Assembly (NCBI RefSeq): GCF_044704955.1
Contig: NC_091997.1
Location: forward strand, 64,976,001 to 65,040,000
Origin: Pristiophorus japonicus
Lineage: Eukaryota
Direction: 5' to 3'
DNA: 64,000 nt
The notes under the pieces were generated by a model. It was not told the DNA's origin. It saw nothing but the letters and a program-made list of their open reading frames with translations, and ran no database searches. This document shows, piece after piece, positions 49,575-60,879 of the stretch (within the stretch, counting starts at the first letter, position 1; every line of letters starts with the position of its first letter). A program made the translations under genes and the position numbers.

Positions 49575-49923
49575 CGGCCTTTTGGCTAAGATCATGCATA
49601 ACTGACCTGACCAGCCACCATGACCTCCGGGTGGTTTCTCCCTGGTCAGGAAGGTATATGCTTGCTTTTTTGGAAACAGGAGGTGGGTGGGGTGGCTTGA
49701 CCCATCCACCTCCACGGAGGTGTGTGGGGGACCTGACCCATCCACCTCCATGGCACGAACCTGGTATTGCAGTACTTCCAGGAACGGTGCAGTGGCTCTA
49801 GGCCTTTTGGCTAAGAGCATTGGCGCAGAGTGATCCTTGGCATGTGCAAGGTGACCTCTGGCGTTTGTGATTTGACAAAGAATTGGAACGATTGGCTACG
49901 AATTTCCCAAAAAAAAAAAAAAA
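49575..49923 (+). mobile_element. U2/U1 snRNA-chimeric short retroposon (SINEU-like), copy 1, missing ~9 nt at the 5' end
   Basis: CGGCCTTTTGGCTAAGATCA (U2 5' end), ACCTGGTATTGCAGTACTTCCAGGAACGGTGCA (U2 SLIV), poly(A), 16-bp TSD AACTGTGAGCACGTGT (49559-49574, 49924-49939). Confidence 0.9.
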
Positions 49924-52900
49924 AACTGTGAGCACGTGTTGCACTGGTGTACACATGACTCTAAGTCCGAGTCAATGCCGGGCCACCAAACATGCGACCT
50001 GGCTATAGCCTTCATCATGACTATGCCTGGGTTGGTATTGTATAGGTCGCGTGTAAACGTTTCCCTGCCTTTTTTGGGCAAAACCACATGATTACCCCAT
50101 AAGAGACAATCCGACTGGATGAACATTTCATCTTTGCGTCGGTGAAATGGCTTAATTTCATCTTGCATTTCCCCGGGAACGGCCAACCAGCTCCCATTGA
50201 GGACGCAACTTTTTACAAGTGATAGCACAGGGTCCTGGCTGGTCCAGGTCCTGATCTGGCGAGCAGTGATGGGTGACCCCTCACCCTCAAAAGCATCCAT
50301 GACCAGAAGCAAGTCTGCGGGCTGCGACATTTCCACCCCGGTAGTGGGCAATGGTAGCCGACTGAGGGCATCAGCACAGTTCTCCGTGCCTGGTCTCTGG
50401 CGGATAACATGGTCATAGACAGACAATGTTAGTGCCCATCTTTGGATGCGTGATGAAGCATTGGTGTTTATACCTTTGCTTTCTGAAAACAACGAAATGA
50501 GCGGTTTGTGGTCGGTTTCAAGCTCAAACCGAAGTCCAAATAGGTATTGGTGCATTTTCTTAACCCCATATACACATGTTAATGTCTCTTTCTCGACCAT
50601 ACTATAGGCTCTTTCAGCCTTAGACAGACTTCTAGATGCGTATGCAACCAGTTGAGGTTTGCCCGATACGTTGGTTTGCTGCAACACACAGCCGACCCCG
50701 TATGAAGATGCAACACAAACTAGCACTAATCATTTACATGGGTCATACAGTACAAGTAACTTATTAGAACAAAGTAGGTTTCTGGCCTTCTCAAAGGCTG
50801 TCTCTTGAGATTTACCCCAAACCCCAGTTGTCACCATTACGTAGCAACATGTGCAACGGTTCCAGCAAAATGCTTAACCCGGGTAGAAAGTTACCAAAAT
50901 AGTTGAGGAATCCCAGGAACGAACTCCGTCACATTCTGTTGTCTGGGTGCATTCTTGATGGCCTCTGTCTTTGAGTCCGTGGGTCTGATGCCGTCTGCCG
51001 CAATCTTTCTCCCCAAAAATTCGACCTCTGGCACCAGGAAAACACACTTGGAGTGTTTAAGCCTGAGTCCCACTCTGTCTAGTCGACTTAGAACCTCTTC
51101 CAGGTTGTGCAGGTGTTCAGTGATGTCACGACCAGTGATCAGGATGTCATCTTGAAACACAATGGTGTGCGGAACCGATTTCAGCAGACTTTCCATGTTC
51201 CTCTGGAAGATGGCAGCAGCCGAGCGAAACCCAAAAGGACACCTGTGGTATATAAACAGTCCTTTGTGTGTGTTGATGCACGTCAATCTTTTCGAAGATT
51301 CAGCCAGCTCCTGTGTCATGTAGGCGGAGGTTAGATCCAGCTTGGTGAACGACTTCCCCCCTGCTAGCATTGTGAACAGGTCATCCGCCTTGGGCAGCGG
51401 GTACTGGTCTTGTAACGAGTCTCGGTTGATCGTTACCTTGTAGTCTCCGCAGATTCTGACCGTGCCATCGCTTTTCAACACCGGAACAATCGGACTGGCC
51501 CACTCGTTGAACTCAACTGGCGATATGATTTCCTCACATTGAAGTCTGTCCAGTTCGATCTCGACTTTCTCCCTCATCATATATGGAACCGCTCGAGCCT
51601 TGTGATGAACGAGCCTTGCATCGGGGACTAGATGGATCTGCACCTTGGCGCCTGTGAAGTTGCCGATGCCTGGTTCGAATAGCGACAGAAACTTGCTCAG
51701 CACTTGGGCGCACGAGGCATCGTCCACTGAAGATAATGCTTTGATGTCGTCCCAGTTCCATCGAATCTTTCCTAGCCAGCTTCTGCCGAACAGCGTTGGG
51801 CTATCGCCTGGTACAATCCACAGTGATGTCATGCACAGCTCCATTGTACGATACCTTCACTGCCGCATGGCCAATGACTGGTATGAGCTCTTTGTTGTAG
51901 GTGCGCAACTTTGTCTGAATCGGGCTCAGTTTGGGCCTTTGTGCCTTGTTGCCCCAGTTTCTCAAAAGCCTTCTGGCTCATAATTGACTGACTCGCCCCC
52001 GTGTCCAACTCCATTGATACCGGAATACCGTTCAATTTGACTTTCAGCATGATAGGAGGGCTCTTGGTGGTAAAGGTGTGTAACCCATACATTTCTTCCT
52101 CGGGTTGAGTTGCCTCTCTTGTTTGTTCTGCGTGATCCGCGCCGGATTGACCATCTTCTGCCGACTCTGCCACTTGGTGAGTCGCAGCACATTTGCACAT
52201 TCGCTGGAGGTGCCCCATTGTTTCGCAGCCTTTGCACATGTTGTGCTTGAATCGACAGTGATGGGCTCTATGATTACCCCCGCAGCGCCAACATGGTGCT
52301 AATGGATTTGCATTCACGCCCGATAGCGGACTCGGAGTCATGCTCGGTCTTGCAGCTGCAGACGTGTGGGCCCTGCCATGTACAGTTCTGCCTGCAAGCG
52401 ACGTTATTTTATGCACAGTACTTGCCGGTGAGCTTCGAGTCTGGGAAGATATCTGTCTGGTATTATCGCTCGTGGATATGAATACCTGGGCTATCGTGAT
52501 GGCCTTGCTCAGGTCGAGGGATTCGGCGGACAGCAGCTTGCGAAGAATGACCTCGTGGCCGATGCCAAGCACAAAAAAGTCCCGCAGCATTTCCCAAAAG
52601 AATCCAGCAAATTCGCAAGTTCCCGCAAGGTGTCTCAGGTCGGCGACAATCCTGGCCCTCAGAGCGGTGGTGGGTGTAGAAGACCAGTGTACACAACTCT
52701 GTATATATCTTCTCCACTGGTTTCTCCGGTGCTAGCAGATGCTTGGTGAGGCCGTATATTGTGGACCCACACACGGTGAGGAGAATCGCCCTGCGCTTTA
52801 TCGCTTTATCGTCCCCATCCAGCTCGTTGGCCACGAAGTACTGGTCGAGACGCTCAACAAAGGCTTTCCAATCATCACCCTCTACAAATCTCTCTAAAAT

Positions 52901-53384
52901 ACCAATGGCAGCCATGACCGTGTGAAAGTTCATAATCTGTTACTCGTCGCCAATTGTTAAGTATGGAAGAGCTCCACAAGACTGAGTACTGTGAGCTAAA
53001 ACTGATGCGACCTTAGTCTATTTAATACAACTCCAGAGTGCTTAAGCAGCCTGGCGGACAACCTTTTATACTCCCTTGCACGAGGTGTGCAGGTGACCCT
53101 TGGGCCTCCAACAGTTGCGCCCTCTGGTGGCAAGTCTTACACAGTTACAATGTTTACATTCATAACAATTCTGACTTTGTGTAACGGTATAAAATGGATT
53201 GGTAGCGAGTTGGCAGCTCGTTTTACATCTCTTCCCCCACTGGTTGCAATGGAAATAAAACTCGGGAGAGATGTAAAACCGGCTGGCAATTTGCTATCAT
53301 CCGTTTCATGCTATTACACGGAGTCAAAACTCCCCCCAGATTGCGCAGTCCCTCAGGGATTGGGAGAATGAATGAACTACCTAC

Positions 53385-53750
53385 ATTTATACAACACCTC
53401 ATCACATCAAAATGACTTAAAGTACTTCACACAGGGAATTATTTTAAGTGTAGTGAGAGTTGTAATGACAAATGGTGCAGTCATTTTTCGGAGAACAAGA
53501 TCCCACAAATAGCTTTGAGATGAATGACCGGTTAAGCTGCTTTTGATGCTATTGGTTGATGCAGAGTGAATTCCCTGCTCTTCGCCTGCCACTTCAATGG
53601 GGTCTTCTGCATCCCCCTGGAGAGGCAGACAGGACAGTGCCTCTGACAATGTGTCACTTCCTACTGCATTGGAATGTTAAAATGTGAGGCTTCAACTCAC
53701 GACCCTCTGAGCAGAGATGAGAGTGCTACCTACAGAGCCAAGCTGACACG
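53385..53750 (-). mobile_element. Degraded Deu-domain SINE
   Basis: Diverged head, core and tail. Confidence 0.55.
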
Positions 53751-53864
53751 CACAGTGCAATGATTCCCTGGTCTGTGCTAAGTTCGATAATCTTGGTACA
53801 GTGGCAGGGGAGCTACAGCTATCTCCAGACTCTTCCAGACCAGAAAACTAAAATCATTCAGGGG

Positions 53865-54480
53865 TTTTTTCATTTGTTCCGGAATGTGGGCATCGCTGGC
53901 AAGGCCGGCATTTATTGCCCATCCCTAATTGCCCCTTGAGAAGATGATGGTGAGCCGCCGCCTTGATCCGCTACAGTCCGTGTGGTGAAGGTGCTCCCAC
54001 AGTGCTGTTAGGGAGGGAGTTCCAGGATTGTGACCCAGCGACAATGAAGGAACAGCCGATATATTTCCAAGTGTGTAACTTGGAGGGGAACGCTCTCACT
54101 TTTGACCGGGAAGTGCCTGAGAGAGTTTGAAGGCCGAGTTCCGATGGTTCTTTCCGCAAGTCTGCCAAATCTGCCCGCACTCCCTCACTACGAAGAAGAG
54201 GACACAGATTTAAGGTGTTTAGAAAAAGAATCAAAGGCAACATGAGGACAAAAAAAAAATTACGCAGCGAGTGGTTAGGATCTGGAATGCGTTGCCTGAA
54301 AGGGTGGTAGAGACAGACTCAATCGTGGCTTTCAAAAGGGAGTTGGATTAATGCATTTTGCTGGGCTACGGGGAAAGGGCGGGGGAGTGGGACTGGCTGA
54401 GGTGCTGTTGCAGAGAGCCGGCACGGGCTCGACAGGCCGAATAGCCTCCTCCCGTGCTGTAACCGTTCTGTGATTCGATG
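53865..54480. mobile_element. LINE 3' end (-) and CR1 3' end (+)
   Basis: SFIVAGSQSWNSLPNSTVG on the minus strand; CAGCGAGTGGTTAGGATCTGGAATGC on the plus strand. Confidence 0.75.
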
Positions 54481-56859
54481 AAGAATGGTCATTTGGGCGA
54501 GGTACGAGAGGGTTGCTGGTGCCTGGAAAGCCAAACCTTCCTCCAGCAAGTAGCAGTACCTCTGGGAGAAAAAAGTGGGGAAAAAAACAAAAGAAAACTC
54601 CATTACAAATAAAAAATATATGTGTAATATTTGTATCTAATTTTCCACTACAGAGTGCAGCCAACAAAGCAGATACTTCAGAAACCTATCTAGTTGGTTT
54701 TTTTCCCCTGAATTTTTAAAGAAATCCATTTTTCCTTGTTTCATTGAATTACAAATTCAGAGCTTGCCAGGCCCTTGTGATGTGCCGGAGCTATGTAGGC
54801 TAGTGTTGCATGCAGCCAGTGAATACAAATGAAACTTGGATGTATTAATGTGCATCTCTGTATGTCAGTGCTGCTGCTGTGCTTGTGTTCAGAGCTCTGT
54901 CTCTCTCTCTCTCTCCAGCTGGGAAATGGATCAACCCTTTGCTCGCTGCTAACGGCTGCTGTCACGCCACTGTGGCGCGGATGGGCCGAGATCAGTGACC
55001 TGTGGTGCTGTGGATCAGGACAAGCCTCGGCAGCTGGGCTCTGACCTGCACTGTCAGAGGGGCAACTGAAAACCAAACAAGCAAACGTCTCGCTTTTGAT
55101 TGTTGCAAAGGTTTATTTATTTTTTTAAATCGAGTGCACGCACGAGTGGACCCAGATTGTGGACGCACACAGTGGTCTGTTAGAAGTTTCTCCAGCATGC
55201 CATTTTGGACTTGGCAAATGGCAGCAGCTTGCTTGAATTTGGCAGAGGATGGTAGTGCTACTGACATTTGCGGTTCAAGCGGCTGTGACTTGGGACACGG
55301 AGGTTAGGAAAGAGTATGCCACAGCCTCAATGTTGGACTTTCCGCTGTGCGGTACATATGTTCTTCAACACACTCATGCTAGGCTCCCAGATGGTTCACG
55401 AGGTAAATGCACCATCTGTTTTTGAAATTAAAAAAAAACATTATTCTGTGCCCTGTGATGGAGCAGACACTGGTTATAGCGGCTGTCGTCGGCAGCAAAG
55501 CAAACATGACTCAAACTCACCCGCGCAACTCATTGTGCCTCTGACCCAGGACACTCTGCACAGTCTTGTGGCCACAATTGGAAATGGTGAGTCTTCAAGG
55601 ACACAATGAGCACGTGTTGTCTTTGTTTCTTCTGGCCAAAGGATGGTGGACTTGCACACAGCAGGCATTCCATTTCATGACCAGGAAGCCAAACCATTTT
55701 AGGTGCCCAGCACCGCCTGGTAGACGATCTACTAGCATTGAGACATTATACCAAACCAATGTTTCTTCCAATTGTCTCTCCCTCTCCTGAAGACGCTGGC
55801 TCCCATAGTCATATGGCTCATCGGGCACTGGCAGCTCTCCATAACCTCACCCAAGTGACTATTGGTCAGGTGCAAACTAGGCAGTGAGCATCGGTTCATT
55901 ATTTGATCGTGGGACTATCATAGCCCAGCTTAATTCTGTCCTTCCCCAAGCCAATATCAACACACTGGCGCATTGTCCAGCAGAGCTCACTTGAAAGCGA
56001 TTCGGAGAAGGCACCTCGGGCAGATTTTTCCCATCCTTATGGGTATTGAAGCCACTGTCACGTATGTCAGGGTGATGTATTTGGAACGCTACAATCATAC
56101 AACGGCACAGGAGAGGGGATCTCGAAGGGTCTTTGCAGAATCCATGGTAGAAACTTTGCAAGTTAGTTGTGATTCTCCTGTTGGCAATGACCCTTGCTGC
56201 TGCACCTATTCCACACAAGCCGACAGCTGCAGTTGGGAATCTCGACTGTTTTCCTGAATGTCAGTGACAGCACCTTCATTAAACACGCTCATTTGCAACC
56301 TGTGCAATTCACCACATAAACTAGCTCATTAGGTAGAGCATTGAGCAATTTAAGCAAATTCTCTGAGCATGCAGATTACAAAGAAACACAAAGATAGAAT
56401 AGCTTAACCCCCTGGGAGCGCATCTGGCATTCACAATGAGTGCAGGCAACTCAAACTCCACATAACACGTTCTTCACAGTTACCAGCGTTAAAGCAGTGA
56501 TGGTGAACTGTGACAAACGTATTCCCCCATCTGTCTCTCACACTCCATTCATGATTATGTCCAGCTATGGGATGGTGACTGAGGTGAGATTGGGTGGTGA
56601 TGCCACAAGTTTTCTCCCCTTGCCTCCTCTCCTGAAAACCTCGGCTCACCGTCCCTCTCTACATTTCCTCCCAGAGTCTCCATTCACATACGATTAAGGC
56701 TCTTGCCATTCACGACCTTCAGTGCACAACTGGTTTAGCCATCCATTAGCAGATCTGGCTGGACCATAAAAAGTACTGTACTCTGGTGAAATCTCCCAGT
56801 ACTCCAGCACCATCCGAGATCAAAAATAACCCGACTTCTTTTCCATACTATTAAATGCC

Positions 56860-57185
56860 TCCTGTCGGATGAGACGTTAAACCCAGGCCCCGTCTGCTCT
56901 CTCGGGTGGACGTAAAAAAATCCCAGGACACTATTCTGAAGAGGAGCAGGGGAATTCTCCCCTGTGTCCTGGGGCCAATATTTATCCTCAATCAACATCA
57001 CTAAAACAGATTATCTGGGTCATTATCACATTGCTGTGTGTGGGAGCTTGCTGTGCGCAAATTGGCTGCCGCGTTTCCCACATTACAACAGTGACTGCAC
57101 TCCAAAAGTACTTCATTGGCTGTAAAGTGCTTTGAGACATCCAGTGGTGGTGAAAGGCGCTATATAAATGCAAGTCTTCCTTTCC
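56860..57185 (+). mobile_element. Deu-domain SINE 3' part
   Basis: GGATGAGACGTTAAACC...CTATATAAATGCAAGTC. Confidence 0.85.
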
Positions 57186-57753
57186 TTAAATCCCTCTCCT
57201 TTCCCCCTCCACTGTCATTTCCAAGTGTGAGAACATCTTTGTCACTATCATTCAGTTGACTCTTTCGCTGCTTCTTTCCCTGGCCCACCAAATAAAACAT
57301 CCCAGCCAGCTCCCCTCCAACCTATCCCTGAACTCCCTCCAGTTTCTCTCCGATTCCCCCCCCGATTGAACTCCCCTTATCCGAGAGACTGACCTGCGGT
57401 TCCCTTTAGCCCTAGACCCAATAAATTGCTGATCACACAACTTGCCTTCCTGGCCCGCAATGCTCATTGACACTGTAAATGCTTCCCCCTCCTCAGGTAC
57501 TGACCCCCTGCCATCAACACACCCCTCCCCAAAATAATCACCCTCCACTCCTCTGGCCCTGTAAACTACAAACCACCTTTTCCTTTCCAAAGTTCATGCT
57601 GGTGTACTTTGACGTCCAATCCCACAACATTTCTAATTTAGAATTCTCATCATTGTGTTTAAATCCCTTTGTGGCCTCACCCCTCCCTATCTCCTCCATG
57701 CCTATGACCCCTCGTTGAACTTTCGGACTCTGAGTTTCTTGCACCCCCCCATT

Positions 57754-58437
57754 GAACATAAGAAATAGGAGCAGGAGTTGGCTATACGGCCCCTCGAGCC
57801 TGCTCCGCCATTCAATAAGACCTTGGTTGATTCGATCATGGACTCAGCTCCACTTCCCTGCCCGCTCCCCATAATTCCTTATCCCCTTATCGTTTAAGAA
57901 GCTGTCTATTTCTGTCTTAAATTTATTCAATGTCCCAGCTTCCACAGCTCTCTGGGACAGAGAATTCCACAGATTTACAACCCTCAGAGAAGAAATTCCT
58001 CCTCATCTCAGTTTTAAATGGGCGGCCCCTTATTCTAAGATCATGCCCTCTAGTTCTAGTCTCCCCCATCAGTGGAAACATCCTCTCTGCATTCACCTTG
58101 TCAAGCCCCCTCATAATTTCAATAAGATAACCTCTCATTCTTCTGAACTCCAATGAGTAGAGGCCCAACCTACTCAACCTTTTCTCATTAGTCAATCCCC
58201 TCATCCCCGGAATCAACCGAGTGAACCTTCTCTGAACTGCCTCCAAAGCAAGTATATCCTTTCATAAATATGGAAACCAAAACTGCACGCAGTATTCCAG
58301 GTGTGGCCTCACCAATACCCTGTATAACTGTAGCAAGACTTCCCTGCTTTTATACTCCATCCCCTTTGCAATAAAGGCCAAGATACCATTGGCCTTCCTG
58401 ATCACTTGCTGTACCTGCATACTAACCTTTTGTGTTC
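57754..58437 (-). mobile_element. CR1 3' fragment inserted in an L2 fragment (~57635-58695, +)
   Basis: EAVQRRFTRLIPGMRGL...FKTEMRRNFFS; the L2 sequence resumes at ~58440. Confidence 0.85.
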
Positions 58438-58974
58438 ACAACCCTTTGCCCCACCATTGCTGGCTGTGCCTTCAGCTGCCGAGACCCACAGTCTAGAATT
58501 ACTCTCCTGAACCCCTGCCCCTTCCTCATGGCTCTCCTCCTTTAGGACTCTCTTTAAAATCTGTCTCTTTGGCCAAGCCTTTATTCATCCTTCCTAATAT
58601 CTCCTTCTTTGGCTTGGCATCGACATTTGTTAGATTACACCTCTGTGAAGTGCCTGGGGATGTTTTTAAAAGAGCTATATAAATGCAGATGTAGCTGGCT
58701 CTTTTTTGGAGTGCAGCTCCATGTGTGCCAGCCACCATTTGCTACATTGCTGACTGTCATTTCTTCATGTTTCAGCCAAGCTGTGAGATTTGACCCTTGG
58801 GATCTCAAAGCTGAACTTGATCCCATCTTCAACCGAAGCCCACGCATATTTTCCAGCAGAGATTGATACCGAGCGATCAGGTTCAGGGACCTTCCTTAAC
58901 CCAAGGCCAATTGTAATCGCTGCAATATTAACACGAAACAACTGACTATAAAGTGCAATTTACATGGAAAAAAA

Positions 58975-59192
58975 ATAACGTATTTGCTTCATGGGTTCTT
59001 GCTTAAGAATTCATAGCAACACATTGCTATTAAGAACTACTTGGTTTATTAACAAAGGTTTAACAATCACACAACACATTACCAGTTCATTCACCAGGCT
59101 CACAACCACCTGTCTCATCGTGGCTGGGGTTTTATTGAGTCTTGTGAACATCACGTGATTGGCTAAGCCACTCACAATGCAACAGCTCTACA
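58975..59192 (-). repeat. LTR-like interspersed repeat
   Basis: Minus strand starts TGTAGAG and has two AATAAA; ~215 bp; the other terminus is not clear. Confidence 0.35.
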
Positions 59193-59451
59193 ACTATTTT
59201 GATAGAACTTTTTAAAACAAGTGCCCCCTTTTACTAAGGACACTAGAACCCACAAATTTCTAAATTAACTGGGAACTTAAATTAAATCAAATTAAAATTT
59301 GGTTGCCGGGGGTGATGATGCACTCCAGTCCCTCCGGCGCCCACCTCTCGCGGGAAGCCGTGAGCATACCAGTGGATACGGCGTGCTCCATCTCCAGGAA
59401 CACCCTGGCTCAAACGTAGCCGCGGAAGAGAGGCAGGCAGTCGGGCTGCAA
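59193..59451 (-). mobile_element. Tx1-like (L1-clade) LINE 3' end
   Basis: Minus-strand translation QPDCLPLFRGYV*ARVFLEMEHAVSTGMLTASRERWAPEGLECIITPGNQILI* aligns with ORF 61080..61415 (PNCLPLFYGYVHARVSLQREHA...FRDRW). Confidence 0.7.
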
Positions 59452-59463
59452 CAACAGCTCTAG

Positions 59464-59817
59464 ATCGCTTCTTGGCCTTTTGGCTAAGATCATGCGTAAC
59501 TGACCTGACAGGGGAGTAACCATGACCAAAAAGTGGTTCTCCCTGGATCAGGAAGGTGGTTCTCCTATGCTTTTTGGAAATAGGAGGTGGGTGGGGTGGC
59601 TTGACCCATCCACCTCCACGGAGGTGTGTGGGGGACCTGACCCATCCACCTCCATGGCACGAACCTGGTATTGCAGTACTTCCAGGAACGGTGCAGTGGC
59701 TCTCGGCCTTTTGGCTAAGAGCATTGGCGCAGAGTGATCCTTGACAGGTGCAGGGTGACCTCTGGCGTTTGTGATTTGACAAAGAATTGGAAAGATTGGC
59801 AACGAATAAAAAAAAAA
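59464..59817 (+). mobile_element. U2/U1 snRNA-chimeric short retroposon (SINEU-like), copy 2, full length
   Basis: Starts at U2 +1 (ATCGCTTCTTGGCCTTTTGGCTAAGATCA); U1-like ACTGACCTGACAGGGGAGTAACCATGA...GTGGTTCTCCC; U2 SLIV; poly(A); 11-bp TSD AACAGCTCTAG (59453-59463, 59818-59828). Confidence 0.92.
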
Positions 59818-60469
59818 AACAGCTCTAGCATATTGACAGGTGCATACATTACATAAACCCATTATCGGGTTCTCCTGTTTCATCCAACATTTCTTTTTTT
59901 TCCTAATTTTAACTTTTCCTCTTTTCTACCTGGTTACCCATTTTGCGAGCTTTTTCCAAAGTTTAAAGCCACTCATTTTCCTTTCTTTTTCTGTCTCCTT
60001 GCTCCATAATTCAATTTGATGAGCAGGTTAAAATCTTTTGGCTGTTTCTTTGCCAGGATTCTGAGGCCTGCCCTGAATCCTGGGGAGAGTTTCTGTGAAA
60101 TTTGTGTCAGATGTTGGCACTTGCGTTTCCCTCCAGGATCCAAGTGTTCATGCGGCAGCTGGGAGTGCACTTGTTAAAATTCCGAGAGTATATGGTTCAT
60201 GTCGCTGACTCAGTGTGCACTGCATCAACTTAACACTAAAGGAAAATATTTACAAGTTTTTCTTTAAAAGAATTGTCTTTCTGCCTGATACTCAGACAAT
60301 GAGTAACGGAGCTGTACAGACCAGAAGGCCCAGCTTTCATTCACTGCCTGTGTCCAGTTCATTCATCTCAGTTGGGTGGCAATGGGGACACTGCAATAAG
60401 GAACGTCGGAACAGGAGGAGGCCATTCAGCCCTTCCAGCCTTTTTCGGCGTTCCTTATTGTAGTGTGAA

Positions 60470-60852
60470 ACAACGCCTCAATTTCAAAATTCTAATCCTT
60501 GTTTTCAAATCCCTCCGTGGGCCTCGCCTCTCCCTATCTTTGTAATTTCCCCCAGCCCCACAACTCCCCCACCCCGAGATGTCTGCGCTCCTCTAATTCT
60601 GCCCTCCTGAGCATCCCTGATTATAATCGCTCAACCATCGGTGGCCGTGCCTTCTGTTGCCTGGGCCCCAAGCTCTGGAACTCCCTCCCTAAACCTCTCC
60701 GCCTCTCTTTCCTCCTTCATGATGCTCCTTAAAACCGATCTAGCTTTTGGTCACCTGCGCTAATTTCTACTGCGGCTCGGTGTAAAATGTTTTATCTCCT
60801 GTGAAGCACCTTGGGACGTTAAAGGCACTGTATAAATACAAGTTGTTGTTGT
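60470..60852 (+). mobile_element. L2 LINE 3' fragment
   Basis: STIGGRAFCCLGPKLWNSLPKPLRL; (TTG)n tail. Confidence 0.85.
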
Positions 60853-60879
60853 CGACGACATTAAATTGCAACACCAATA

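Larger units (their letters stand above)
47593..53167 (-). mobile_element. Ty3/Gypsy LTR retrotransposon, family 2 (Mag-like), full length, with three nested insertions
   Basis: 213-bp LTRs 47593-47805 and 52955-53167; perfect TSD ATTCT; PBS TGGCGACGAG (52943-52952); poly-G PPT; gag/PR 51829-52933, RT 50891-51844, RH/IN 49896-50726 and 49044-49523. Confidence 0.96.

Noticed and set aside
54600-56860. 2.2-kb repeat-poor block with a (CT)n-CAG acceptor-like site at ~54918 and many short ORFs
   Set aside because: No recognisable protein or consistent exon; may be conserved non-coding DNA but this cannot be tested by eye.
59464-59700. Functional U2 snRNA gene
   Set aside because: SLII and the branch-site reader are replaced by U1-like sequence, the Sm site is altered, and it has poly(A) and a TSD with a Tx1 fragment directly upstream instead of a promoter.
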